This document shows positions 49,001 to 62,050 of a stretch of DNA of 64,000 nucleotides, in pieces; the stretch's first letter is position 1, and each line of letters begins with the position of its first letter. The stretch spans positions 1,171,224 through 1,235,223 of the forward strand of contig WELB01000012.1 of NCBI GenBank assembly GCA_009602725.1. The letters are read 5' to 3'. The notes below the pieces were generated by a model. The model was not told the DNA's origin and made no database searches. It worked only from the letters and a program-made list of their open reading frames with translations. The translations under genes were made by a program, and so were the position numbers. Source of the stretch: Spirogloea muscicola. Taxonomy: Eukaryota.

Positions 49001-52000
49001 GTGGCGGTGGTGGAGGAAGGGGACTGGGAGGAGGTGGCGACGACGCCTCTGGTGTTGGAGGCGGAGGGACTGGGGGAGGGGGCTGCAGAGGAGGTGGAGG
49101 GGAACTGCTGGGTGGCGGTGGTGGAGGTGGAGGACTGGGAGGGGGCTGAGGCAACGCCTCTGGGGGAGGAGGGGGAGGAGGCGGTGGCGAAACCATGGGA
49201 GGCGGAGGAGGAGGAGGCAGCGGAGTGGGTGGAGGAGGAGGAAAGAGGGGCTGCGTCAATGGGCTTTTGGTAGTGCAGTTCTGCGGCTTCCAGCCCATCT
49301 GCAGTCCACACAAAAGGCATTGACATCCTGCAGGTCACATTGGCTCGGCAAGGCATGGCCTGACTTGGGCCTTCTCCCCGAGCAACAGCATTTTGTTTCA
49401 TACTCTGCTACACATCTGCTACATCATCTGCCACACATTATTTGTGATGAGGTAGTCTAGGCCTTTCTTTGACCTTTCCAGGAGGTAGTGAAGGCAATCT
49501 TGAGCTTGAGCTTGTTACCTTGCTGAAAGCAGCCCTGCTACTGAGCAGCTTGTCATAGAAGGCCATGAGCAATTACCATGGTGTGGTTTAGATCGTGCAC
49601 CATCAGGAAGTTTTGCTGTGCAGTGTTGCCAATGATGTTCAGTGATGCCTCCGCCATGTATACACAGGCATCTGAATTTATTAAGTGAATGTAGTTCCCA
49701 GGGGGAAGCCTGAAGTCGGATGGCCCGAACATGCGGAAGGTCATATCAGGGAAGATCCCCAGGTTATTGATGTCCTCTGGTTGTGCCACTCGTCCAGCCA
49801 CGTCCCAACAAAGCGGCAACCCATATTTGGAACCTAAGCTGATGCAACACACAGAATCTCAGGCAGACAATCAGCTGCTGAAATTAGTGCCGTGCTGTAG
49901 CAGCAGCTGTCCAATAAACACCACATATAGCAGCAAGCATCTTCCACAAAAGTGCAAATCTGCTCTGCTTGCATATCTGAGCAGCATAGCACAGCACTAG
50001 ACTGCAGAAGTGATTACTCTACTCTTACATGGGGAGAGGCACGTTGGCACTCAGATAGTCCAGAACTGGCTGGAACGCAGCACTCACTAGCCTGATACAG
50101 TATGTGTCAGAAAATCCCGCCATAGGCAGCATGCTTGACATGCTCGTGATGACTGGATGGCAAACTTGGGATGTATGTGGTAATTCAAGCACAGCATCAA
50201 AAAGGGCAAGCAGCTGCAGTACTCACAATATTAGGGTTGTCCCAGAGTCAAAGAATATCCCTCCTCCACCATTGTTGTCAAAGGCAAATGCAGACGCAGG
50301 AATGTTGAGTGAGGTTGTTCCGAAGAGTATCTCAATGACCTGCACATAGTAAAAGGTAGTGTACCCCTGGCTTGCATCTGATCGGGGATTGCTGAGGAGC
50401 GGAGTGTAAATAACGCCTGCAGTTGGCACTCCAGCCGACCCAAACTCCAACTCGCTCCCAGGTAGGTAAGGCGCATACCAGCTTTGCAAGCACAGGGTAA
50501 ATACATGGTCGTATTGCTCCAGCTGCGATTGGAAGTAGTCACACATTGATCAGTGGCAGTCAAGAACGATCAGCGTTTTGTATCTCTGTCTACAAGCACA
50601 ATCAAGCATTGCAGTTCCCACAGCTTAGACAAGGTGGCAGGAGTTGCTGTGGCTTTGATGAAAGATCCAGAAGTCATGTGTGGTAAGGGCTGGTAAACAG
50701 GTATGCATGTGCATCTCATTGAAGGCCCTTCTGTGTGTAATGTCGTCTGTCTGCACTTGGCAATGATTCATGATGGGCTTGCAGATACTTACTTGTTGAA
50801 TGAATGATATTGGCCCCCGTCCAAGACCAATGAGGCCCCCTGCAACGGTAAATGTACCTGCATTGTCGTGACCGCAGCCAAAGATAGTCCCCAAGAGCCT
50901 TGAAGTATCGCCACTGGTGGTTGTTAGCCAAACTGTCTCAGTTGCCAATTGACCCGAGGTGTGGGATCCATCTGCATACCTGCATGTCTCTGAGATGCAT
51001 GCTTCAGCATGTCTGCTAAAAAAGCACCTCGTACAAACATTGATCTATCCTCGACCAGAAAAGATGCATCATATAACAATCCGAGCAAGGTTGAGTGAGG
51101 CGAGTATAGGCTATGCTGCAAGCACTGCAGATTAACCACCAATAAACAGATTTTTCACATTCGCAGACGTATACCTATAGGTGTACTCGCAGTCACTTTT
51201 GCCTCCTGACAAATTGCAAATATCCATATCGTTCTGATCTTCAACTACTAGGCAAGCAAAAGTCTTGCAACCGATGACAGAGAAGGTTGACGATGGAGTA
51301 GGATCAAAGACGGGTCCAAATTGTGCATAGCAGTTGGTGCAGGGCAAGCACTGCGGCAGCAAAAAAGTCCAGAGTAAGTGCCCTTGCACATCATCAATTA
51401 CGATGAGGTGCTTCGAGGTGAAATCCCAGATGCTTGTGTCTGGGGTGTGTATGGCTATGAGATGTATTTTCCCATCCGAAGTGTCCATGCATAGGTGAGA
51501 AGCAGTGCTAATGACTAGGAAAGCCTGCTGCCAGCATTGACGAGCTGATGCAACCTGCGTCCACAGCAGATCGCTGCCAGTGTCTGCAATAAGGATCTGC
51601 GGTTGGGCCGGGTCGCCGAGGCTGAAGTCTGCAAAGTAAGTGCCATAACCAACAGTGTATGCTGAGTGGACTGTTGTGTTGAAAGCGTCCTCAACAACTT
51701 GGAGCGCTGCCTCCTGGGATGATCTTGTGGACGTGGTGTTGTAGGCCCCTACCACAAGCTTTGGCCGCGCCAACGGAGGCATTCTCTGTCCTGGATGTTG
51801 TCTTGGTTCTTTGCCAGTAATCAGGTGGTACAATCTCTCCGATCTTGCCTGCAGAGCGTCCAGTAACCCAAGAGCAATTTTGTCCAATTACTGCATCCAT
51901 TTGGGATGCATCGCAACAAACCGTACCTAGCATTTCATTAGACAACTCCACAAGCAGCCGCCTCACAGTATCTCTGAGAGAGGGCAGCAAGTGTTCCAAG

Positions 52001-52899
52001 CATGTACAGTATGTAGGAACGTATAAGCATGTCGCCCACTGCAAGGCCTGGTATTCGTTGGAAATAGCTGCAGCTAGACAGGGGTGCCAAAGTACTTGTA
52101 TGAACATAAATGCACAGCATCAGTGTATCACATGCCACTTGATTCTGCTTACCTTGTCGCTGTGGTACTGAAACCTATATGCGTGCTCCTTGCTGGGCCA
52201 CTCTCTCCGAAGTGGCGAATGAGGTGCATCAATGTGAGTAAGGGTCAACCTGCGATGTACATGTCACAGGTATGAGTTGATGCTGCTCAGACAACTTGGC
52301 TTTGAGGATGATGTAACATCGACCCTGCTCTAGGGTTCCTCTTTTCACGCTCTAATGCTGGGGCGACTGGTGCAAGTGAGACCAATGCAGGCAGCATGCT
52401 GTGCAGAAGCAAGCTGAGGAAAAGCCAAGAACGATCCAATACTTTAAGGTGGACGGCCTTTCCTCTGCATCCAGCATGGCACGTGCAGGACCTGGAATGA
52501 GCAGCAGGCAGTGCCAGCAGCAGACAGTGCCAGCTTGAGGAGAGAGCCTGCGCATGGGCCAAGTTGCAGCTGCAAAGCAAGTGTGTGTCCAGCACTGCAT
52601 TACTGGTGCCTTGGACTTTGGCAGTCCCGTGATGGCCAGCGCAAGGGACGCGCTCTTGCTATGGTTGTGACAGTGATCGCCACAAGGCTTGTGAACAAAG
52701 CACTGCTGAGGCAGCCCGATGGTCACAAGTACATGCTTCAACGGCGATCCAGCAGACGGAGCCAGAGTGCTGGTCCGCGGGCAGGGGCGGCCAGCCAACC
52801 TGCCGAAGCCCCGCGGAGAAAGAGCACAACGAGGGCGACGAGCCGCAATGGCGCAAAGGCAGCTGGCGCTGCCCGCGGCGGCCGCCGTGGAGAGGCCAT
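46006..52899 (-). CDS. Aspartic protease-extensin chimera copy 3 (longest Pro-rich stalk, two Pro-rich exons)
   Basis: IADTGSDLLWTQ and FFDSGTT are intact. Pro-rich exons are approx 47095-49298 (gap 47845-48657) and 46500-46967. The His-rich last exon is 46006-46133. Confidence 0.9.
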
Positions 52900-52952
52900 G
52901 GGGCCTCCGGCAGGCTGCGGCGGGCGGCGGCAGAGCGGCGGAGAGGGGAGGG

Positions 52953-52980
52953 TTTGGGGCTTGGGGTTTAGGGTTTGGGG
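52953..52980. repeat. Degenerate telomere-like heptamers in the 5' flank of copy 3
   Basis: TTTGGGG CTTGGGG TTTAGGG TTTGGGG, 54-81 bp upstream of the ATG at 52899. Confidence 0.7.
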
Positions 52981-53269
52981 TGGGGTGGTGCCTGGCGGGG
53001 GCGCGCAGGAGCGGCAGGCAGGGGGGGCCATGGGGGAGCCAGTACTGGCGGCTCGCCGCAGCTGCAGCTGGGGGAGGGGGCATTGCTGGAGTCGCCCCGT
53101 TTCCGCGCGCAGCTGTTTCCGCGCAGCTGGGCCGCCGCTTCCGGGCCTCCCCATTGGCAGGCTCCCCCTCCATCTCCCCTCGACTGTCCTTTCTGCGACC
53201 TCGTGTGTCAGCCTGTTTGCAGCGCCCAAGCTCGTGCTCTGCCCGAACACCGTATCGGCTTGTGTTGGC

Positions 53270-53830
53270 CTCCCTCTCATTTCATGCGCTCTCCGCGCCT
53301 GCTCTCGCTTTGCACCAGAAAGCTGGTCGAGCCTTAGCTGGTGGCACAGGCGCTTGTCAACTCCCGTCCGGTACTTGGGCATCCGTCAGCGACCTCTATG
53401 TGCTGACTCGTTGCTACTGAGCGGGTCAGCTTAGCAGCAGGTGTTGTATATCTTTCGGTGTGCTTGCCTTCGGACGTAGCCACTCAGGCCCTCCATTACT
53501 TAAATACACACTCCACGTCTCCTGGCAGCAGGTGATGTACATCTGTCAATGTGCTTGCCTTCGTACTTGGCCACTCAGGCCCTCCATCACACTCAAAATA
53601 CACTTTATTTCTCCTCGACGGCATCAAGCTTCTCTTGCATAGCTGTGTGGATTTGGCGCCTTTCGGCCCTTTGGACCTTGTTCAGTCTCTCTGGGCTGGC
53701 CTGTCACATCCCCCGCTGTATCTTCGGAAGAGCTCATTTCGTTCCTCTGGACGCATCTTACTTATTCTATCTCTGGGCTGGCTAATGACAGCTATCGTCA
53801 GCTACTGGAAAAATGTTTTTGATCTTCTTC
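53270..53830 (+). mobile_element. RLE 3' relic (LHQKAGRAL subfamily) with internally duplicated UTR motif and terminal modules
   Basis: ALALHQKAGRALAGG..ASVSDLYVLTRCY*. GTGCTTGCCTTCG.AC..GCCACTCAGGCCCTCCAT occurs twice (53459, 53551). Confidence 0.75.
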
Positions 53831-53908
53831 TTCTACTTGGGAAGCACTTTCCCTGTGGTCTTGACGAAAGATTTCAGAGCTATCAAAGAGACTACAGCGA
53901 ATGGGACC

Positions 53909-56215
53909 TTAGTAACCCCGACTTAGCAGCCCGAAAAATAGCTCGCTCTGATAGCTGAGAAGAAGCTTTCCCACCAGAAAGAGCACTTCTTCCTCACAAT
54001 GGAGTAACCCCGAGTTAGCAGCAGCAAGTCGGAGTAACTTGCAGCTGGAAAAGCGGCACCCCAACGAGACCCAGAAGCAGCAGCTATTGCGTGGCCTGTC
54101 TGCAAGTGCACGGCGTGAGCCAAGGGGCCTTGGAAGGAGACACAGACAGCCGCATTCGAAATACCTGGGCAAGCGACCCGGCAGCGTTGAAGCCGGGCAG
54201 CCCCCTTGCTGAGCCTGCCGACAATCGATGGCCCTGCTCACTTTCCTGCCCTAATCACGGCTCGGGAGACTTATGGCTAAGCCACTGAAATTTATTGGCC
54301 CATCATGGCGAGCGGAGGCGAAGTGCTTAAACAAGGCCAACGAGCAGACAAACTCCTTCTCAAAGCCTCAGGACGATGTGCTGCATGCCATACACGAAGG
54401 ACCTGTATCAGGAACTCGGGTGTGACAAACTCTTCAAACGACAACCTTTCTCACCCAAATGGATGATGTGAACAACTTGGTGAAAGCCCGTCAGGCAAAG
54501 TATCAGATCGAAGCCGCTGTAATGATGATACCGCTCGCTACTTAGGTGCTGCTTGAGTTGGCACCGGCATGTGCACAGCATGAGTTCGCGAGGGCAATAA
54601 GGATCCAGATGCTGCTACTCATAGGACGTGTACGGCCAGTCCCCAATAAGATTCTTTTCGGGCTGGCTTCTCACACCCCTTGCCCCCATTGGGAGAGCCA
54701 CTTCTTCTTGGCAACGTCAAATAAGAGAGAAGGACGCTTCCAAGAGAGGGCGGTGGCTGTAAGCGGCCAGCCACGAAAAAGAATGAACAAGAATGAATAA
54801 TAGAGAAGGGCTCGCCCATTGAGGATAGGGGCTGGAAAAAGCCAGCCCAAAAAAGAACAAAGTACGAGAAGGGCCCAGGTAAGCACTAACGAAAACAAGC
54901 ACAAGTAGAAACTAAGCAGCTACGAAACCCTCAGTAACCCCTGCTAAGCAGCCTCAGGTCAGAGAAGATTGGCTCCTGGAAGCGGGTCCCCTGGCCAGAG
55001 CCAGAGGTAGCAGCGAGGGCTCTTCCACCAGTTAATCTGGCCGCGCTTGCTTTCTTCCGGCGCGCAGGTGGAGCGCGCGGGCCATAGAAGAAAGCGCGGC
55101 CCAATTGAGGCCCAATTGACTGGTGGCTGTGAGAGGCCAGCCCAAAGGAATGGACAAGGTCTGAAGGCCGGATGGTGCGGAAAAGATACTAAGTGCTAAA
55201 ACGGTAGCAAGGAGACTCTCAGTAACCTCTAGTCAGTGATGCAAGTCGGAATAGCTAGCAGGCGGATAGACGTCGCCATAGACCTCTGCAGCGAGACGGC
55301 CAAGCGCATGCGGTACACCGGCGCTAGCGACCCGGCTGCAAGAGATTCCACCGGCTCCCCATGAAATCGGCGGACGATGAATAAGGGTCTCCTCACAATG
55401 CGTCTCTTGAGTGCAGCAGTAACGTTTCCTCCGTTTTGGGGGGTGCCAATGGCGCCAGCATCTACACATGACCGTGTGAGTAGCTACTGTTTGGAAGTAC
55501 CGAACGGTAATCGTAAATTCGCTACACCGCATGTGTAGCTAAGTACGGTGCGAGGCCGGGCCTTGTGCCGCTGCGCACCGACCAAGTGTGCCGGGGCTGT
55601 AGAAATCACACCATTGTGGTCCACTACAGTCATCGCCTCCTACTGAAGCGGAGAGTCTTGCTCCGGCGGAAGCCAGCCCAGAAAGTTGCTGACCAGCCTC
55701 CTGGAGTGGTCCTCTCTTGCAGCGCGTGCCAGGAGGCGCTGGCTCGTGCTGCGCGCGCACGGCCAGGTGGGCTTGTTTTGCGCCATTGATTGGGCTTGCT
55801 CTCCGTGTCCGTACCTCGTGCGGCGCGGGCTGCGAGACCACTTGGCTCGTGCCGCGCGCACCCAGATCCAAATTGCCATCGTCGGGCCCGCCCCTCCGGT
55901 GGTGGACGTCGGGTGATCCTCGACACGAGCAAACGCGGCCAGATTAACTGGTGGCTGGGAGAGGCCAGCCCACAAGCTCTGCAACGGATTGCACGGCTGG
56001 CCATCGATCGTCGGCTGGGACAGCAAGAGGAGCTGACCGGCTTCAACGCCGCCGGGTCGCTTGCGCAGGTGTACTGTATGCGGCTATCCATCTCCTTCAA
56101 TGGTTCCAGGCACTTGCGGGCAGGCCGCGCTTTGGATGCTAGTTCTCGGTCTCATCAGGGTGCCTCGTTTCCAGCTGCAACTTACTCAGACTTAAGGCTG
56201 CTGACATGGGGTAAG
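53909..56215. mobile_element. Cluster of at least four RLE 3' relics plus solo modules
   Basis: 54003-54200(-) GFNAAGSLAQVFRMRLS..DLLLLTRGY; 54930-55020(-) ..DLRLLSRGY*; 55088-55310(-); 55976-56215(+) LQRIARLAIDRR..GFNAAGSLAQVYCMRLS..DLRLLTWG. Confidence 0.85.
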
Positions 56216-56883
56216 CTTTCACTCACTTTAGTCTCTTGCATAGCTGTGTGTATTGCAGCTTCGACGTAATCTCATGAGAAATTGGCCACCATGGGCGTCA
56301 CCATTATAGTACTACATGTCCTTTGGCAATTGGCCGACCCCCCGACATATATGAGCAGATGGTCTGTTCTCAGATCAAGTCCAGGTAAGCAACTTTAAAA
56401 TAAATTGATGCCAAAAATCAAATCCAAGGGTGCAATGCCGAAGGCATTGTTGAACGCATCACTCAGCTTAGTACAGGAGGCGAGAGAGATCAAAAATTGA
56501 TGGTTACATCCTGAACATTGTCAAACCGCTGCTCCCGCATTAAGACTGTCAGACTACTATGTTGAGGCCACCCTCTTTCGGGGCTCAGCAAGGCTATAAA
56601 CATGAAGTCAAAAGATGTACTTCATACCACATCATTGGAGGCCTCTTAAGGTCAGCACCAATGCTCGATGGGCAACACGCATCGTCTAAATTTCTTAAGC
56701 CAGATGTGCTAAGCCGCCTTCATCTCGGCGAGCGCTAAGTGGCATGCAGATCAGACCACAAGGCCTGTTGTACCCTCAAAATTGGGTGTGTCTGCCACAG
56801 GCCTCCTGACCAAGCTCGCATATGGCCGGTTGCCACTGCCCACGTTGTAATATGTGCATTACGTCTGCAGTCTTTCTGCCACT

Positions 56884-59800
56884 TTAATGGTGGTGACCAA
56901 CACCAGGAGGGTGCATCCCAGTGGGAGTTGGGTGATGGCCGACCCCAGCTGCGTGGTGTCCACTTCCAGGGGGGTGCTTCCCTAATCCTGCTGGGTGATG
57001 GCCGATGATCCCTGCTTTTAAAATGCGAAGGGTGGTGACAAGGAAGGTCAGGCGTGCACAGCCATAAGCAGATGACGTGCATTGAGTCAGAGTAACAGCT
57101 GCTCTGCAATTCTTGCTCATGATGGAGTCCTGGCCTAGCTGAGAGGTTATGCTGGACGGAGTTGCTACAGGATCAAGGGTTGTGGCGTGAGCAGATCCGA
57201 AGGGCCGCCTTCATGCATGCACGCAGAGCACACAGTCAGCGCGAAGGGGGGGGCCATGACAGAAGACAAGGCTGAGGTGAGGAGCACTTACGTTGCGGTT
57301 GCGGAGGCGGAGGCGGAGGCAAGGGCACTGGTGGAGGTTGTGGAGGAACTCCTATGGGCAGCGGGGACGGAGAGGGAGGGGGCAGGGTGGTTGGTGGTGA
57401 AGAAGGGGGGCCCGAGGCTCCTGTTGGTGGGAAGGGAGGAAGGGGAGGCAGGGCACCCTGAGTGCCAGGCGCAGGTGAAGGGAGAGGAGGAGGAGGAGGC
57501 AGGGAAGGAGAGGGTGGCGGTGGCGGCAGAAGTGGTGGAAGGAGAGGCGGCCGGAAAGGGGGAGGGGGAGGGGGAGTCGGCAAGGGGAAAGGAGGGGGGT
57601 TCAGAGGGGACGGAGGAGGGGGCANNNNNNNNNNNNNNNNNNNNNNNNNNNNNNNNNNNNNNNNNNNNNNNNNNNNNNNNNNNNNNNNNNNNNNNNNNNN
57701 NNNNNNNNNNNNNNNNNNNNNNNNNNNNNNNNTGGGGTGTCAGGCAGGGGTGGAGAGGGAGGTGGGGGAGCCTCCTGTTGTGGAGGGGGAGGGACTGGGG
57801 GAGCAGGGGAGGGAGGAGGCGGAGGGGGGGACTCGGCTGGAGGAAGTGGGGGGGGGCCTTCCGGCGGGGTTGGTGGAGGGGGAGGACTGGGAGGAGGTGG
57901 TGGCAAGAGGGCCGGACCCACCGGAGGTGCAGGTGGAGGAGGGGGGCTTTGGGGAGAAGGCTGCAGAGGAGGTGTGGGGGGGGACTCGGGTGGTGGTGGT
58001 GGTGGTGGTGGTGGTGGTGGAGGAGGGGGAGGCGGCGGCGGAGGGGGGGGTTGGACTGATAGCGGTGGCGTCACTGGGCCCTTGGTTGTGCAGTTTAGAG
58101 GCATCCAGCCGAGCTGCGGTCCACAGAAAGGCATGCAGGATGAGCAGGGCCCGTTAACAGAGCAAGGCAAGGCCTGGCTAGGGTCTTGCCCTCCCAAAAC
58201 TATATTTAATCTTCTGTGATGTGGCCGTCTGTTACTTTTAGATGCTAGAGACACACACAAGTTGGTGATGAGGATAGCATAGGCCTTGTGCTGACGGGTT
58301 CATGAGGGTGGTGGAGGGGACTGACTTGTCAACATTCAAAGGCAGCCATCATACTGAGCAGCTTGTAGTATCGGGACATGAGCAGTTACCATGGTGTGGT
58401 TCAGATCGTGCACCATCAGGAAGTTCTGCTGTGCATAATTGCCAATGATGGTCATGCTCGACTCCACAAAGACTGCACAGACTACTGTATCAGTTACCAG
58501 ACCAAGATAATTCACAGGGGGAATTGTGAGGTCGGAAGGCCCTGACATGCGTATGGTCATAGGAGGAAAGATGCCCAGTTGGTCAATGTCCTCCTGACTG
58601 GCCACTCTTCCATCGACGTTCCAGCAAAGCTCAAAACCCAATCCAGCAGTATCTGTCACTCTGATGCAACACAAGCAATCTTAGGCAAATGATGACGGCT
58701 GCACTGCTCAATGCAGTTGTGCTACCTGCAGCGGTTGTACAATGTACGTAGCATATGGTAGCATCAGGTGTCCTTCATGAGATCACGAGTTGGCAAAAGT
58801 GCAATCTTAAGAGCACATAATTGGTAGCACATTACGAGACTGCAGTACTCTATGCTTACCTGGGTAGAGGTATGCTGGCGATCAGATAGTCAATAATGGG
58901 TTGGTATACAGCACTCAGCAGCCTGAGGACACAGTATGAGTCAGAAGAGCCCGCCAAAGCAAATCACGCGCTACATGCTCATGAATTGTATCATTTTTCT
59001 TTTTTGTGATTGCTTTAAGCATGGCAGCAAAATGGCAAGCAGCTGCATCACTCACATTATCAAGGTTGTCCCAGAGTCAAAGATTGTTCCCCCTCCACCA
59101 GCTGTGTCGAAGGTAAAAGCAGCCGTAGGGATGCTGACTGAGGTTGTTCCAAATAGAATCTCATTGACCTGCACGTAGAAAAAGGTAGAGTACCCAAAGT
59201 ATGCATCGAGGACGGGATTGTCGAGGATGGGAGTGTACGTGACGCCCGTACTCGGCACTCCAGCCGACCCAAACTCCAACTCGCTCGGAGGCAGGTAATC
59301 CGCATACCAGCTTTGCAGGCACAGGGTGAATACATGGTCGTAAGGTTCCAGCTGCAGGTCGGAGTAGTAAATTGTATGCATCAGAGAAGCATTGGTGCAG
59401 CAGTACACATTGAGATTTTGAAACGCTGTTCAAGAACATCCCCGCCCGCTGCATCATCAAGCATCGCAGTATTCACAACAGTGCAAAAGTGGGCAACATT
59501 GCTGTGGCTCAAATGAAAGACCCAGGCATCACCTGTTGCAATCAACATGCAAGCTTACTGGCTTGAATAATTGACATCAAAGGGCCTATCCCAGTAAGAA
59601 TGTATGCTGCAGCTGGCCATGATTCATAGAGTCGCAGAGACTTGCCTGTTGAGCAAAGGATATTGGCCCCCGTCCAAGGCCAATGAGGCCCCCTGCAAAG
59701 TAGAAGGTACCAGCATTGGAGTGACCGCAACCAAAGGTAGTCCCCAAGAGACGTACACTACTGCCAGTGGTGGTTGTTAGCCAAACCGTCTCAGTTGCCA

Positions 59801-61725
59801 ATTGACCTGACGTGTATGACATGTCTCCATACCTGCATGCACTCAAGATGCATGACTCAGCACGTGTGCTTATAACCTCCTGCCACACATTGATGTATCT
59901 CAGAATGGGACACATCAACAGTGCAATAGTTAGAAGGTCAAATGAGTTAGAATATTGACTACGCTGCTCCAATGCAAATAATGCAATCTTTACAATTGAC
60001 AAGATACACTTGACAAGATACACTGCCTCCAAGTTCACAGAAGGTGTACCTGTAGGTGTATTCGCATTCAGCTGTGCCTCCGCCTAAGTTACAATTGTCG
60101 TACTGGTACTGATATTCAACATATAGGCAACTTAAATTTTTGCAACCAAGGACAGAGAAGGTTGTCGACAGAGTGGGATCAAAGATGGGTCCCGCTTGAT
60201 CATAGCAATCTAAGCAGGGCAAGCACTGCAGCAGGAAGAGATTTTAGAGAAGGTAAGTCCTTGCACGCCACCAGCTGCAATGAGGTGCTTTAGGGAGGTT
60301 CTATCACATCAATTTTCAGGTCTGCAATTGCTTATTCATAACTCCTGTTTGCCTCCAGCGAGTCCATGCATGCGGGAGATGCGTTCTTTGACATAGCCTG
60401 CTGCCAAGGTCAACGCGCTGTTGCAACCTGAGTCCACAGTAGATCGCTTCCAGTGTCTACAATGAGAAGCTGTGGTTGGGCAGGGTCGCCCAAGCTGAAG
60501 TCTGCAAAGTATTCTCCGATTCCAACACCAAATCCTGAGTGCACTGTCGTATTGAAAGCTTCCTCTACAACTTGGAGTGCTGCCTCCTGGGATGATCTTG
60601 TGGACGTGGTGTTGTGCACCCCTGACACGAGCTTTGGTCGCGTCAAAGAAGGGACCCTGTTTCCTGGATGTTGTCTTCGCTCTTTGCCAGTGATCAGGTG
60701 ATACAACCTCTCCGATCTTGCCTGCAGAAGGTGCAGTGACTTATAAGCAAAGGAGTCAATTTTGCATAGAGTTGTGATGCATTGCAACAGTACTGAACAA
60801 CTCCACAAGCAGCCAACTTACACATTCTCCGAGGGCGGGCAGCTGGTCATTAGACTTGTAAGCTGTTGTGGGAAGAAGATGTCTGTTCAGCATTGCTGGG
60901 TCTAATGACTGTTGCAAGGGGCTACAAGCAGACAGGGGAGCCAAAGTACGTGTAAAGTGGCATATTTGGACACATCAGTATACCATCTGCCACTTGCATA
61001 TCCTTTTACCTTGTCGCTGTGGTACCGAAACCTGTTTGCGTGCTCCTTGCTGGGCCACTCTCTCCGAAGAGGCGAATGAGGTGCGTCAACGTGAGTGAGG
61101 CTCAACCTGCCATGTACATGTCACGGCAATTGGTGAATGCTGCTCATATCAGAGTCAACAAGGCCGTGAGGGTAGGAGAACACCAGCCCTGCTCTAGCAG
61201 CAGGGTCCAGTTCTGGGGCTAGTCTGATGCCAAGTGAGACCAAGGCAAGCAGCGTGCTATGCAGAAGCAAGCAGAGGAAAAGCCGACAAGAGCTCCTTAC
61301 TTCAATGTGGACGGCCTTTCCTCTGCATCCAGACTGGCACGTGCAGGACCTGGCATGGGAAGCAGACTGAGCCAGCTTGAGGAGGGGACCTTTCACATGG
61401 GCCAGCAGCAGCCGCGATTGAGAGTGTCCAGCACAGCAAAGCTGGTGTCTTGAGCATTGGCAGCCCATAACAAACGGGCGCCTGAGACGAACTCGTGCTA
61501 CTCCCAGGGCACTGATCACAACATCAGTTGTGGACACAGTACAGCTTGAGAAGTCAGAGGGTCGTTGTCGGTGGAAACCCAACAAAGAGAGCCAGTGCTG
61601 CAGACGAATGCTGCACGGGGAGGGGCGGACCGCCCACCTGCCAGAGCCCCGTGGAGAGAGAGCGCGAAGAGGGCGACAAGCCGCAGAGGCACAGACGCTG
61701 CCCGCGGCGGCCGCAGAGGAGTCAT
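56884..61725 (-). CDS. Aspartic protease-extensin chimera copy 4 (most divergent, shortest stalk)
   Basis: Signal peptide MTPLRPPRAASVPLRLVALFALSLHGALAG, with LIVDTGSDLLWTQ, IFDSGTT and IGNYAQQNF. The Pro-rich exon is approx 57291-58113. Last exon 56884-57011 reads IIGHHPAGLGKHPPGSGHHAAGVGHHPTPTGMHPPGVGHHH*. Confidence 0.9.
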
Positions 61726-61874
61726 GGGGCCTCTCCTGCTGACTGCGGCCTGGCGGCGGCCTGGTCTGGCCGCGGCGCAGCGAGGCGAGCAGCAGGGCGC
61801 GGGCGGCGGAGGCCGGGACCACCAATGCAGGTGAGACGAAGGAATGGTGGCGTAGCGTGGGGCGGGAAAGGAAG

Positions 61875-62050
61875 CGGCTGCTGATAATAAAGAGCGGCTG
61901 TGAAAGCCAGCCGGATGCATACAGGTGTTCATGACGGAGCCACAGGCTAGACAGCCAGGGCGCTCTTAGTAACCCCGTGTCAGCAGTAGGAAGTCAGATG
62001 AGCTGAGGGGAGGAAGAGCAACCCCGCTGCGCAAGCCAGAGGCCGCCGGG
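61875..62050 (-). mobile_element. RLE 3' end directly upstream of protease copy 4, same orientation as the gene
   Basis: AASGLRSG..SSSDFLLLTRGY* plus UTR with GGCTGGCTTTCACAGCC; near-identical to 33386-33558. Confidence 0.85.

Noticed and set aside
54230..54620. Possible coding remnant between RLE relics
   Set aside because: No sustained frame or recognisable motif.
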